From assembly GCA_013265495.1 (NCBI GenBank), contig MU061603.1, forward strand, positions 312,923-376,922: a stretch of DNA of 64,000 bases, read 5' to 3'. A model generated the notes under the pieces. That model did not search any database. It was not told where the DNA came from and was given only the letters and a program-made list of their open reading frames with translations. The position numbers and the translations under genes are program-made. This document shows, one piece after another, positions 51,266-62,164 of this stretch. Source of the DNA: Vicugna vicugna. Taxonomy: Eukaryota. Position 1 is the first letter of the stretch, and the number at the start of each line of letters is the position of its first letter.

Positions 51266-53892
51266 GAGCTGGGCGTTCAGGAGGCTCAGAAAACAAGAGG
51301 AGAATGATTTGGTATCAGCTATCAAAAATTAAAATATATACACCATTTAACCCAGCAATTTCACTACAAAGAAGTGGCCCAGGCTTTCCTTATAAAGTTC
51401 ACTAAGATATATTTAAAAAAAAAAAAAAACAACGATCTGTGTCTGCAGGTGGAGGCCACCCGGCCCGCACCGCTAGGATCTCTGATGTCTGTTACTGAGT
51501 GAAAAAACAGGGTGTTGGGACAGTCAAATAGGTTAAATCCTATTTCCCGTCACCTTCTGGCACACTGCCAGATTCTTCTGGACGGTAACACAAAAAGATA
51601 AACAGTTTAGGGGATTTAATTTTTGCATTGTGTCTACATGTTATTTTATTTTTTTTAAATAGATATGTTTAGGTATTTTAAACACAAAGAGAAGGATAGA
51701 AGCAGCATTTCAAAAAAAGGAGAGAGAGCAGTGGGGAGGCACGTTCCCCACCTGCTGCTACAGGTTAATGCGGTCTTACCAGCTACAGACTCACTTTCAC
51801 AGGCACTCGACTCAGAGAATTCCATCACACAAAGCGATCAGAGATGTAAATGCAATTTCGTGGGCAAAAGTGCTGTGAATTACTTACTTTGATTAAAAAA
51901 AAACCTCAGAAACAAAAACCAGAAATGACCTAAATACCAATGGAAGTTGAGTAAGTAAGTGGTCTCTCAGGCTGAAAATCTACACGGTGATTAAAGAACC
52001 CTATTTTTGAGGAATATTCAGTAAGATAAGGAAATACTGGCAAGTGAAAATAAACAAGCAGCAAACTGTGTATCATCCCATCAATTTTACTGAAAAAATG
52101 TATAAATATACACACACTTAAGAAAGACCAAAATGTTAACGATAAATTGATTGCAAGTGGTTGGATTGTAAATGAATGCTTTTCATTGTCTTCTTTGTGC
52201 AGTTTTGTATCTTTCTATACTTTTTTCCACCATAAATTCGTTTTATGATCAGAAAGGAACATTGAAGGAAGAAACAGAACAAGCGTAAGCTCGTGGGGGT
52301 CGGGGTTTACGGCAGGTGCTTGTCCCTGCACATTAAGGGGAGCAGTCCGGGAAAGCCCAGCTGGCAGTCCTGAGACCAAACCCCAACAGCCCAGGCACTG
52401 CCAGGAGGCGCCCTGCACAGCATCGCCCCCTCAGGGCCAACCCACTCTGGGCTCCCACAGCCAGAGACCAGGTGGACCCAAGAGGGACCGTGATCTGAAG
52501 CTAACCACATACATCTGCAGGTCGCTCCCCAGAACTTGAGACACGATTTCTCCAAACACGGTGCGAAGACACAAAAGGCAGGGGAACCCACTGCCCTGAT
52601 CCCACCGGCTTCCCCTGCTCCATCTCCAAGGTGACCTCGATCAGGCTGTCAGGCCTGGAGATGCAGATGAAGTAAATGGAAGACAGGAACAAGAATGCTG
52701 AAACAGACTTCGTCCTAAAGCAGAGGCAGGATCTGAGACCCGCCAGGGAGAGGCAGCAGGTGGATGTGTTGCTCCCCATGCACGTGATCACTTGATGGGT
52801 CACTCACATCATCCCCCTACATGCCCAGGCTGGCCCTGTCCATGCACGGCCTCTCCAATCCATCCTTCCAGGACCACCAAGGACCTCCCGCCTCAGGCCA
52901 CCTGCCTGTCATTGCCCCATCTTCACCCTGATGCCATCCCATGTTGCAGACGCTGCTACCGGCCCCATTCTGGACTCTTTCTCACTAATCACAAGGCTAG
53001 TGGCGATGAAGAGGTGCAGAGCCAGGCAGCAGAGGTCCAGGCTCCCAGCTCGGCCCCCAGCCCACTGCACCTTCCTGTGGAGGCTGCACTGTCTGCCCTG
53101 CCAGGAGAGGAAATGCCAGGCCCACAGAGGCTGTCCATGGGGCAAGGGGTCAGAGATGGAGACCAAGGCGGAGAAGACGGTGCGTGGCTGAGTCTGGATG
53201 TACTAGCCAGCTGTTATCCAGGGTGTGGGAAGGGAGTTAGCGGGGACCCTCCCAGGGCAGGGAGCTCAAATAGGGAGCCTGGAAACCACATGATAGATGG
53301 GAGCTTGGCTTTGGACCCTGGAGTGAGGGCACAAGGTGACAGAAACAATCACTGGGGGAGCAGGCCCTGAGGTACACATGCACCCACTACCCTATAGCTC
53401 ACTGTAAAGCTTCTTCCAAGGGGGGGAAGGGGCTAGCCAGTCAGAGCTGGGGTCTGGGGGCCTGTGGGAGACTGTGGGACAGAGGGGCCAAAGACGAAAC
53501 CCAGGACCCCACCTCTCGTGCTCCCAGGGAGGGCGGGAAGGCCACAAAGCCAGGCAGGTGAAAGGCACGCAGGATGCGGGAATCCAGGAAGCCAAACGTG
53601 ACTCCTGACACTGGTATGAAGTGGGGGAGGGAAGGGGCCCTGCACGCAGGCAGTCTGTGACCTGGGATGGGAGGGATGGAGCTGCAGGTTCCTGCAGGGT
53701 CCTGGGCCACAGGGTCAGGGGAGGGGGCTGGAGACACTGGCCAGAGAAGGTGGGCCAGTGAGCCCAGGTGTGCAATTCCTCCTGGACCTCAGGAGCCGTG
53801 GGAGGAGCAGGGGCGGGTGCTGCTGGAGCTCCGAGGTCCAAGGGGGGACACTGAGGAGGCTGCCCAGCCCCAGCGAAGGAGAGACCCCTAAC

Positions 53893-54377
53893 TGTGTGGG
53901 TTAATCAGGTCGAATCCAGGGGTCACAGGTTCCTGCCGCTGGTCAGCGTGCTCTGCCCGGGAAAAGCCCGGACCCTTAGGTCTTGTCAATCCTCCTCTGT
54001 GAGGAGTCCTGGGGGAGATCAGCTCTTGCCTCGGGCTCCAGAATGGCTCTGGACTGCCCTGGCTTCACCCGAAATTTGATGTTTTTGTTCCTTGTGGATC
54101 CTTTTGGGTTACGTTTGAATTTTTAAAATATTGCACTAATTATTATTACTGTTACTTATCCTGATCCTGCATTTTGGACGCGTTTCAATTGTGCGCCTCA
54201 CTCCCCTCCCCCCGTTCCATCCCCGAGGGGTCAAGTTCAGTCAAGAGGGCTGGGGGTGGGGACGCTGGAGGAAGACGACAGCGATTAAATCCCTGTTTCT
54301 ACTCTGGCAATATTGGCAACAAGGAAGCCTGAAAGTTGTCCTGTTACAAATTCTAGGTAAATGTATTAACCCACACA
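53893..54377. mobile_element. 485-bp element with 13-bp terminal inverted repeats (ERVL-type LTR or DNA transposon)
   Basis: Starts tgtgtgggttaat and ends attaacccacaca (exact reverse complement); no TSD recognised. Confidence 0.55.
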
Positions 54378-54775
54378 TACTTTGAAACTCAGCAGTCAAG
54401 AAAGTAAGGAAAATGACCGGCGGCCAAAAGTGTCAAGACAGCAGGGATGCAGGCCAGGGAACGGGGCCACCATGGGAGCGGCCCGGGCTGCTGCAGTCTG
54501 AGGAGACCAGAGTTTCCTGAGTCCTTTAATGTTTCCCGGGCTCTCACAGAAAAGCTGGGGCCTGAGCAAGATGGGCAGGGAGGTTGAAGCCCTCTGGCTG
54601 AACCCCAGGCCCTGAGAGGCTCCATCAGCAAATATTGACCAGTGGAGACCGTGCACTGGGGAAGGCGAAAAAGCTGGCCTGTCTCAGACCCAGCTCTGTC
54701 CCGGAGGACCCCAGCAGTGTGTCTGCACCTGCCTGCCATCTGGGGCCAGCTTCCCCACCTGAGACTTCTAGAAAC

Positions 54776-55286
54776 TGAGACCGGAGGGAAGGGGGTAGGG
54801 CACAGCCATTAAAAGAAAGACACAGCAATTAGCACCAAGAAGGTGGAAGATTCATCTCCCACTGGACCTCAAGCTTCAATCTACGCTTATTAAAATACAA
54901 TCACATGATAATTGGCCCTCCCATGGGGGCCAGGACCGTTTCAAGGCTGTGAGAGGGTACGCAGTGGTCTGATTCCTGGGAATCCCCGCCCCTTCCCCAA
55001 AGTAGTTGGAATAATCCTGCCACCTGTTAGCATATGAAGTTAACCAAGCCCATAAAAACTGACATCCCCGCACCTCGTGACCACTCTCCCTTCTCATCGT
55101 GACGGCCTGCACTCTGTCTCTGAAGTGTATCTCTCTCTGAATGAATCTACCTTCACTCAGCTGTGGCTCACTCTTGAATTCTTTCCTGAGTGAAGCCAAG
55201 GACCCACACTCAGCAAGGCACATCCTAGGGACTCAACTGAGACCTGGGACACGGCCATCCTCTTGCTCCACAATTTTCCTGTATCA
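54776..55286 (+). mobile_element. Solo ERV1-type LTR with 4-bp TSD
   Basis: TGAGA...GTATCA termini flanked by AAAC/AAAC; cataaaaac TATA-like motif. Confidence 0.75.
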
Positions 55287-55696
55287 AAACCACAAGCATT
55301 TAGTTTAAAGCCACCAGCATGGCTGACAGAGGAAAGGCCAGTCTTCTTGAGGGAGTTCACCATCATCAGAGCTCTTAAGGGATTTCCAAATTAAGTTTTC
55401 CCAAATATGAACTCAAAAGCAAAGTCACAAAAAAAATCCCTCTATGATAAGGCACTACAAGTGAGACAGCAGGAGTTTGCTGCTTCCTGAAAAGGTTTGA
55501 AAAAGTGATGAAATTCCTTTCAAAGGCATAAAACCGACAAGGCAGAGAAAACAGGAGTGCAGAAGGTGGCAACGTAACCTCAGGAAACAGGCAATCAGTC
55601 ACTGCCATGCAGACCCGTGAACACAAAATGATGGGGAAAGAGAGAATGTTTAGGAGGCACAGGCGTCAGTGGAAGGGCAGGGGCTGGAGCGCAGAT

Positions 55697-56127
55697 TGTA
55701 ATAGAAAAGAAACAGATCTGACTTCATATTAGATCTGCCTGAAATAGTCAGGAAGTCTATTCTCTAGACTCTGATCGTTTTCAGATATTAACACTCTTGC
55801 ACTTACATAAAGATAACAAGTTGCAGAATAGAAAATACCATTTGTTTTACTGGAGGTTTACAGGGACGCCATGACCTGACCCACGCGGACAGATACAAGA
55901 GCAAAGAATTCCTGCACCAAGAAGTCTGCAACAATCAACCACACCCCTCCCCTTTTAGCATAAAAGGAGCCTGAATTCTGAAAAGGATGGTTCTCCAGGA
56001 CATTCGTCTGTCATCCTTTCGGTCTGTCAGCTTTCTGAATAAAGCCGCTACTCCTTGCCCCAACACCTCATCTCCCTATTTACCGGCCTGTCGTATGGCG
56101 AACAGAACGAGTTTGGACTTGGTAACA
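55697..56127 (+). mobile_element. Solo LTR, same family, copy 2 (internal deletion)
   Basis: Same TG...CA termini and internal blocks (caagttgcagaatagaaaata; catgacctgacccacg; gaattcctgcaccaagaagtctgcaacaa), AATAAA at ~56039; lacks ~90 bp after agatctg. Confidence 0.8.
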
Positions 56128-56203
56128 CAACGCCAAGAGGATATGTGGAAAATGCGGTCCCAACTGGTGTCTGCCGTGTCCCTGCACACTGGGGCTGACC
56201 TAC

Positions 56204-56359
56204 CTTGTCATCGTCCTCACAGGTCATGACATTGGAGGAAGGGATCTCCGCCTTGAACATCTTCCGGCAGTGCATGAGCTGCACCAGCAGGCAGCACACG
56301 GTCTTGAACTTCATCCTTTTGGCCAGTTTTATGTCCGAGAGAATCAGCCCTGGAAATAC
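56204..56359 (-). pseudogene. ADCY1: ADCY1 exon 8 (C1b)
   Basis: 156 bp, VFPGLILSDIKLAKRMKFKTVCCLLVQLMHCRKMFKAEIPSSNVMTCEDDDK; cag/gtaggt. Confidence 0.93.
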
Positions 56360-57681
56360 CTGTGCAGACGTGGGGCAAAGAGAAACGCTGTGAGTGGACA
56401 CACTCGTCCTGCCTGTCGGGAAGGGAGCACGAATGTGACAAGCAGGGAGGTCACAGCCACCTGCTCAAGGCCTGCTGCTCGCCAGATACAGCAGGGAGCA
56501 GAACCAGCAACCCAGTTCCAAACACACAGCTCTCAGATACCCACAAGGCCTCTGAAAGCCAGATTGATGGTGAATCCGGGGTGGATTCAGACTCGTGTGG
56601 ATTCAGGGACCTCTCCCAGCTGGGTCAGCATGAGGCTGATGAATGTCACCCATGAGCCCCCGGGGGCCTTCCCGCAGACTCCCCTTTTGCCTTTTGCCTT
56701 TTTCTCTCTCCTCATCCCAAACTTCTCCAAAGGGGCTGCTCCTTGTACAGACCTCATCACCCTGCTCACCCCCAAACCGCAGCCATGCCTGACACTGGTG
56801 CTTGATTCTGCATGACACGTAGGGTAGCATCCCTGCAGGGCACCGAGGCTCCCTCTCTGGCTCAGAACCTCCTGCATTCCTGCAGTGGCCCACAGGCCTC
56901 CCTCCTCGGCCCCTGCTCTTCGCTCCCAGGTCCCCAGTTTGACCCCCGCTGGTCACCCAAACCTCTCCCCGAGCTCTCCTCCCGGCCATGCTCACACCTG
57001 CAGTCTGCCCGCACACTGACTCCCTTTTTCAGGACTCAGCTCACCATGCCTGCCTGACCCCTCTGAGCCCCACTTCTCTCTCCTGGCCAGTGCCACTCCT
57101 GTCCACGGTCCCCATGTCACGTGAGTACCACTGCATCCCAGGGACCGAGAATGCACCAGGCAGCAAAACTCAAAAGTTTTACCTTGTATCCAACCTACTT
57201 GTGTCCTGAAGGAGCACTGGGGCCACCTGAGCCCAGCGCCCCTCACCTGAGCCCTGGAAGTGGCTCAGTCACCCTCGATCGTGTCCAGGTCACATTCCCT
57301 TGACAGAGTGACCTCCAGCGCCCCACACACGATGGTCACAAGCCTTTCTGTGTGCACAGATCTCTCAATCCATAGGGCACCCCACCCCTGACTTCCTGCA
57401 GAGGGTTCTCAAACCTGATTACAGGAGAGGCAGAGGGGAGGTGCGGGAGGATGCAGGATGGCCCAGCCCTTGAGGTCCCCAGGGCCTTGAACTCAAGTTA
57501 AGTCCCACTGCCCTCCCCTACTGCCCTCCCCACGTGCTAAGGTTGGGCCCAGGAACAAGGTTAGTGGGGACACCCTGCAGTGTGCACAGAGCTCAAGGCC
57601 TGAGAAGCAGTGATCTGAAGAGAAAAAAGGAGCCGTTAAGTCTTTGAGAAGGTGCAGCACGGGAAGGGTTCTGGAACCTAC

Positions 57682-57823
57682 CTTTCGCCTATGTGAGGGC
57701 ACGATAAAAAAAGTCTCGATATTATGAGTTTTCAGAAAACTGTTCCTCTCGTGTTCATGGCCCGGCTCCACCTCACAGTCACCATTCAGGCACGCCAGGG
57801 TGGTCTTTGTGATGTGAACCTTC
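57682..57823 (-). pseudogene. ADCY1: ADCY1 exon 7
   Basis: 142 bp, [47 protein letters not shown]; tag/gtaggt. Confidence 0.93.
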
Positions 57824-60800
57824 CTACAGAAAAGGAGGCAGAGATTTGGAAGGAACATTCAGGCAGAGGAGAGTAGGGGCCAGAGGGAGACAAGAAGCAA
57901 GTGTCAGGATTCAGTAGAGACGATGGGGAAGGAGAGGGCGGCCAGGTGAGGGGAGAAGTGAGGCCCCTCCCCAGTTGGCAGTCTGTCCCCGAAACCTGCA
58001 GGGTGGGAGGACCCGACCCAACATCAGGCCCACGCTGCCCCCACACAACGGGGGGCAGGTGGGAACAGTACCTTGTGGGTGGCATTCACACTCCCCCAAG
58101 TGAGTTTTCTGGCGACAGAAGAAATCCTCACCGTTAGCGCAACCTGAGCAGAAATCGATCCCATATGACCTAGACACGCAGCCTGAGCTCCCGCCCCTTA
58201 GTAAGGCCTGAGCCTAAGTCCTCGCATCTCTGCACAATCTCCTGAAATCCTTGCCAGCCTTGGGGATGGGGGAATGGGGAGGGGCAGACATGCAGGGCAC
58301 CAAGGCAGGAGTGAGTGTCCCCCCATGGCTGGCTCTGAGAGCACTTGGGACTCTGTCTCCCCATCAGCCTGGCCCTGAACTGCAAAAGGGACCCAGGCAC
58401 CAACAGTCTTTAGAAATGAGTGGGTGTCTGCTCATGCATTCACTGGTCCTCCCTCCCTTCTTCCTTTGCTTCCACAACAGAGATGGACGGCACTCCTGCT
58501 GCTGAGCTGAAGGGCCCACAGGGAGACAGGAATGTCAGCCATGGCGTTCAGTACAGAGCATCCCAGGCCTGGGAAAGAGGAGGAGTCTCGGGCGAGGCGG
58601 CCCTAAATGCACATAGTGGGAACGGACGGCACCCACGGTCCCACTCTGGACCCGCGGAGAAACTGGGGGCCTGGCTGGTCCTGAGCAGCAAGGACACTAA
58701 GGGGGACAGAGCCCCCTCACTAGTGAGCGCTGCCCTCACCAGGGGCGATCGCTCACCAGCACGTGCGGTGGGAGTGGAGACAGTCAGCCATGGGAGTGCA
58801 CCTTCCCTGGGGAGGGAGGGTGGCGATGCCCAGTGTCTGCCACCTCCAAGGCCCCTGGCACCAGAGGCCCGCTTACTTATGAGACTGTCCTGTCCACGAT
58901 GGCAGGGGTGGGGAGACATGAGGCCTGGGGCGGGGAGCCCACCATATGCTGGAGCTGGTTCTGGCCTGAGGGCCCCTGAGGGTGGGGAGGAGCATTTGCT
59001 CAGGATCCAATTTCACCTGCTTCTATGGCAGCCTGGAACCGCACCCAGCACACCGGTTTGGGGAAGACCAGGAGCTGCATGTGCTTGGGGCAGCAGAGCA
59101 GGGTGTGTGGTCTCCTGCTACCAAGAAGCTGGAAGCTGTCACCATGCAAGAAGCAGACCCCTCCCTGGCCTTGGCCTCTCCAAGACAACCACCCAGGGCC
59201 TAGGGACTTGGGAAGGAGCCCATGAACTGAGTCTCAGGAGTCCCAGCATGAGAGGGTGGGGTAAAGACACAGTGGTGATTCATTCCTCCCGTGGATGGAA
59301 GGAAGTATGGAGAATGGATGGTTGGGTGGATAAAGCAAGCAAAAGAAAAAAAATCACATTACAAGTTAACGCAAGAAACAGTAATCCTAAAGCGAGGCAA
59401 AGTGAGGAAACGGTGAGAAGCCTGAGGGTGGATGTCACCTCCTGGGGGTGGATGTCATCTCCAGGGGCCTGGGGGGGTCTCAGGTTACTAGAAAACCCCT
59501 ATCACTGCCCCCAACCCAAGGGCGGGGCAGGACCCTGAGGGATGCACATGCCAGGTGTGCCAGGCCCCTAAAGGCACTGGGGAGGGCGGGCTCGGTAGCC
59601 CCTGTCCCCACCATCAGGCAGCTTCCCAGCAGCCCCTCCCCGGCCAGCTTCCCTCTGCTCCTCCCGCCTCCCTGCCTGGGAGACCTGCAGTGCGCTGCCT
59701 CCCTGGAAGCACCCATGCTTTTGCCCTCCTGGTGCCCTGATCCCTCTGCTGAGGCCACCGCTGGCCCCATGCACCTGACCTGGTGTCCAGTCCTCATTTT
59801 GCTGCAAAAGAGCAGTGCTGAACACAGCTGACGGCCCTTCCTCCTCCGGGGGCACACTCCTTCCGGCTGCCCGTGCTCCCTCTAACCGTCCCCACCTCTC
59901 CCTGCTCCCCTTCTCTCAGGGACCTGGGGCCCAGGCTTGGCCCTTCATCATCATCTCTCTTTGTCGTGATTGGCACGGAGTTTCCAGGGCGTCAGTGCCC
60001 CGAGTGCCTGTGACCCCCCCCCTACACTCAACCTCCGGCCCAGACCCCTGCCCAGCCCCTGACCGACCTCTCACCTCAGTGCTGGGGAGACCTGGCCTGA
60101 CAGGTGATAAAGGACCCCCAGGCTCAGGGCCCCACGCCCAGCTCTGTGTTGATTAACACTGCCCCGCCCTGTGTCATGCTCCCCTCTTCTGCATTCCCTG
60201 TAGTGTTTCCTGTGGCCCCCCAAGAGCATGAACTCCACCTGGGCCGGGGTCTGTCTCTGCTGCCAAAGCCCACCTCCTGGAACAGCGCCTGCACACGACA
60301 TGCGCTCTGTAACACCGTGCTTCTGGCTGGCGGCATTTCTTTGGTGGTGGGTGGGGGACCATCTTTTAGAAATGGGTGGGGTGGAGGAGAGAAGGGAAGA
60401 AGTAGAGAACAGGGCAGGGAGTAGGCAGCCCCTCCTGCAGGTCTGGTAGGTGGAACAAGGGAAGAGAAGCTGGTCAGTCTGAACTTGAAAAAGGCGCTGG
60501 CCAGGCGAAGGGCTGGGGGAGGGGCTGCCTAGCAGTGGGAAATCTGTGCTTGTCCTGAACTGTGGAGCTGCAGGGCAGATGGAATGCACAGGACCTCAGC
60601 AGGGAGGCAGAGGAGAGAGGTGGGCAGCTCCTGTCACCACCTAGCCAGCTAAGGGTCAGGTATTTGTGCGGCACAGTGGGGCGGCAGGAGTGCTGTCAGT
60701 GGGCGGTCGCTTTGGCTGCCAGAGCGGGAGGGGCAGAGACAGTGAGAGGGTGCTTACAGCAACCCCCCAAGGCCCTGTGCTGAAGGGTGGAGGACAGGGG

Positions 60801-62003
60801 AGTGGGGGGCTGGCAGGAGGAGGGGTGGCAGGGAGGGGTCAGTGGCTGCGAGAGTCCCCCCACAAGGGGACGCTCAGAGGCAGCCCGGGATACAGACAAA
60901 AATGGTGTGGTTTTTGAGCCCATTTAGAAATGCTGTGGCCACTCCCATGGCTGGCTCAGCCGTGGTATTCAAGATGATTCTGAGCTCCCACCTCCCTTTT
61001 TCTGCTGTTGGATTCTAACTTCCATGCTTGCGACTACTGTGGTTCCAGTAAGCCTTCCTTTCATGTGGTTAGCAGCCGCTGTCCAGAGCGAGCACCGCTG
61101 GATCCTGGCTGTCCCCAGCCGAGCTCAGGGCCTCGGCACAGGGAAAGGGCTGTGTGTTTCAACCACCTCCTCTGAGGTCAGGCCGGGAGGGAGAGGGAAG
61201 GATGTGCCCAGAGGACACCAGGCCTGCAGGGTGAGAACAGGCCGTGTGGGGAGAGGGCAGGCAGCGAAGGTCAGAGGCCAGAGCAGAGGGTGCAGAGCTT
61301 TGCCCTGACGTTCACAGGACGTGTGCAGAAGCAGACGTGGGTGTGCGGGTGTCTAACGCTCAACTCCAGCACCTGGGAGCCACTGCTGGTCTCTGCAGTA
61401 GATGTGAGCACATCCTGTGATCTCCTCTAAGGGGAGGAAATCAGGATGGCGGGACCTCGAGCGTGAGCCTCAGAGCCCCCTTTCCTGCAGCCACATCAAT
61501 GTCCTTCGGCCCCCAGCTAGGGGAGGAAGGGGAGCTTCTGTAGTTTTTTGTTTTGTTTTGTTTTTCATACAGTATACTATGCCTCGGCTTTGTGAAAGGT
61601 TTGAAGAAAATGAGCCCAGAGAAGGCAAATGTAGTTAGAATGCATCAGAAGTGCACAGACCATTGAGAACTCATCCCCATTCTAGGAGGAAACCTGTAAC
61701 TTCCCCAGAGGGGCTCTGAAGCCACAGCACGTTCCCCTCTGAGTCTGAGAAAGAAGCCAAGTGTGACGAGGCCGTCAGCACTCCAGACAGCTCTGAGCCC
61801 GGCACATCGCCCCCGCCTCCAGTCTCCTCCTCCAGGGCCCTCTCGCCTGCTTTCTGTGGGGTTCATGGGGTCAGGTGCCTGAACCAGCCCAGAGAAAGTC
61901 TCTTCCATGTTGGTGGGGGGCCAAGATGGCCAGGCTTCCCAGATCCCCACACAGAAGGTCGGATTAGAATCCCCCACACCTGCCCTCAGGGTCCCAGACT
62001 CAC

Positions 62004-62164
62004 CTAGGCAGGCCGGCGGCTTCCATGACGTTGGCCAGGGTGTCACATCGTTGGACCACGTATCGTACTGCCACTTGCGCAGGCCCAGGACCCCGCAGAG
62101 GACCCTGCCGGTGTGCAGCCCCACACGCATGTTCAGGTCCACCTCAGTGGCCTCGGCCATGGAC
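62004..62164 (-). pseudogene. ADCY1: ADCY1 exon 6 (C1a), frameshifted
   Basis: [41 protein letters not shown], then 2 extra bases (GTGACACCCTGGCC vs expected GTGACCCTGGCC) before [11 protein letters not shown] resumes in another frame. 161 bp vs 159 expected; cag acceptor, gtgag donor. Confidence 0.93.

Larger units (their letters stand above)
23895..62164 (-). pseudogene. ADCY1: Unprocessed adenylate cyclase type 1 pseudogene (exons 6-20 in window; exons 1-5 would lie beyond 64000)
   Basis: 15 minus-strand exons translate to ADCY1 peptides ([51 protein letters not shown]-terminal GKEA*) with GT/AG boundaries and compatible phases. Disabling lesions: +2 insertion ~62041, TGA 44917-44919, TGA 38064-38066, ~11-bp deletion ~37988, TAG 35870-35872. 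Confidence 0.93.

Noticed and set aside
58420-59538. 372-aa plus-strand ORF, the longest ungapped ORF in the track
   Set aside because: Antisense in GC-rich ADCY1 intron 6, Gly/Ala/Pro/Arg-biased, no recognisable domain; stop-poor frames are expected at this GC content.
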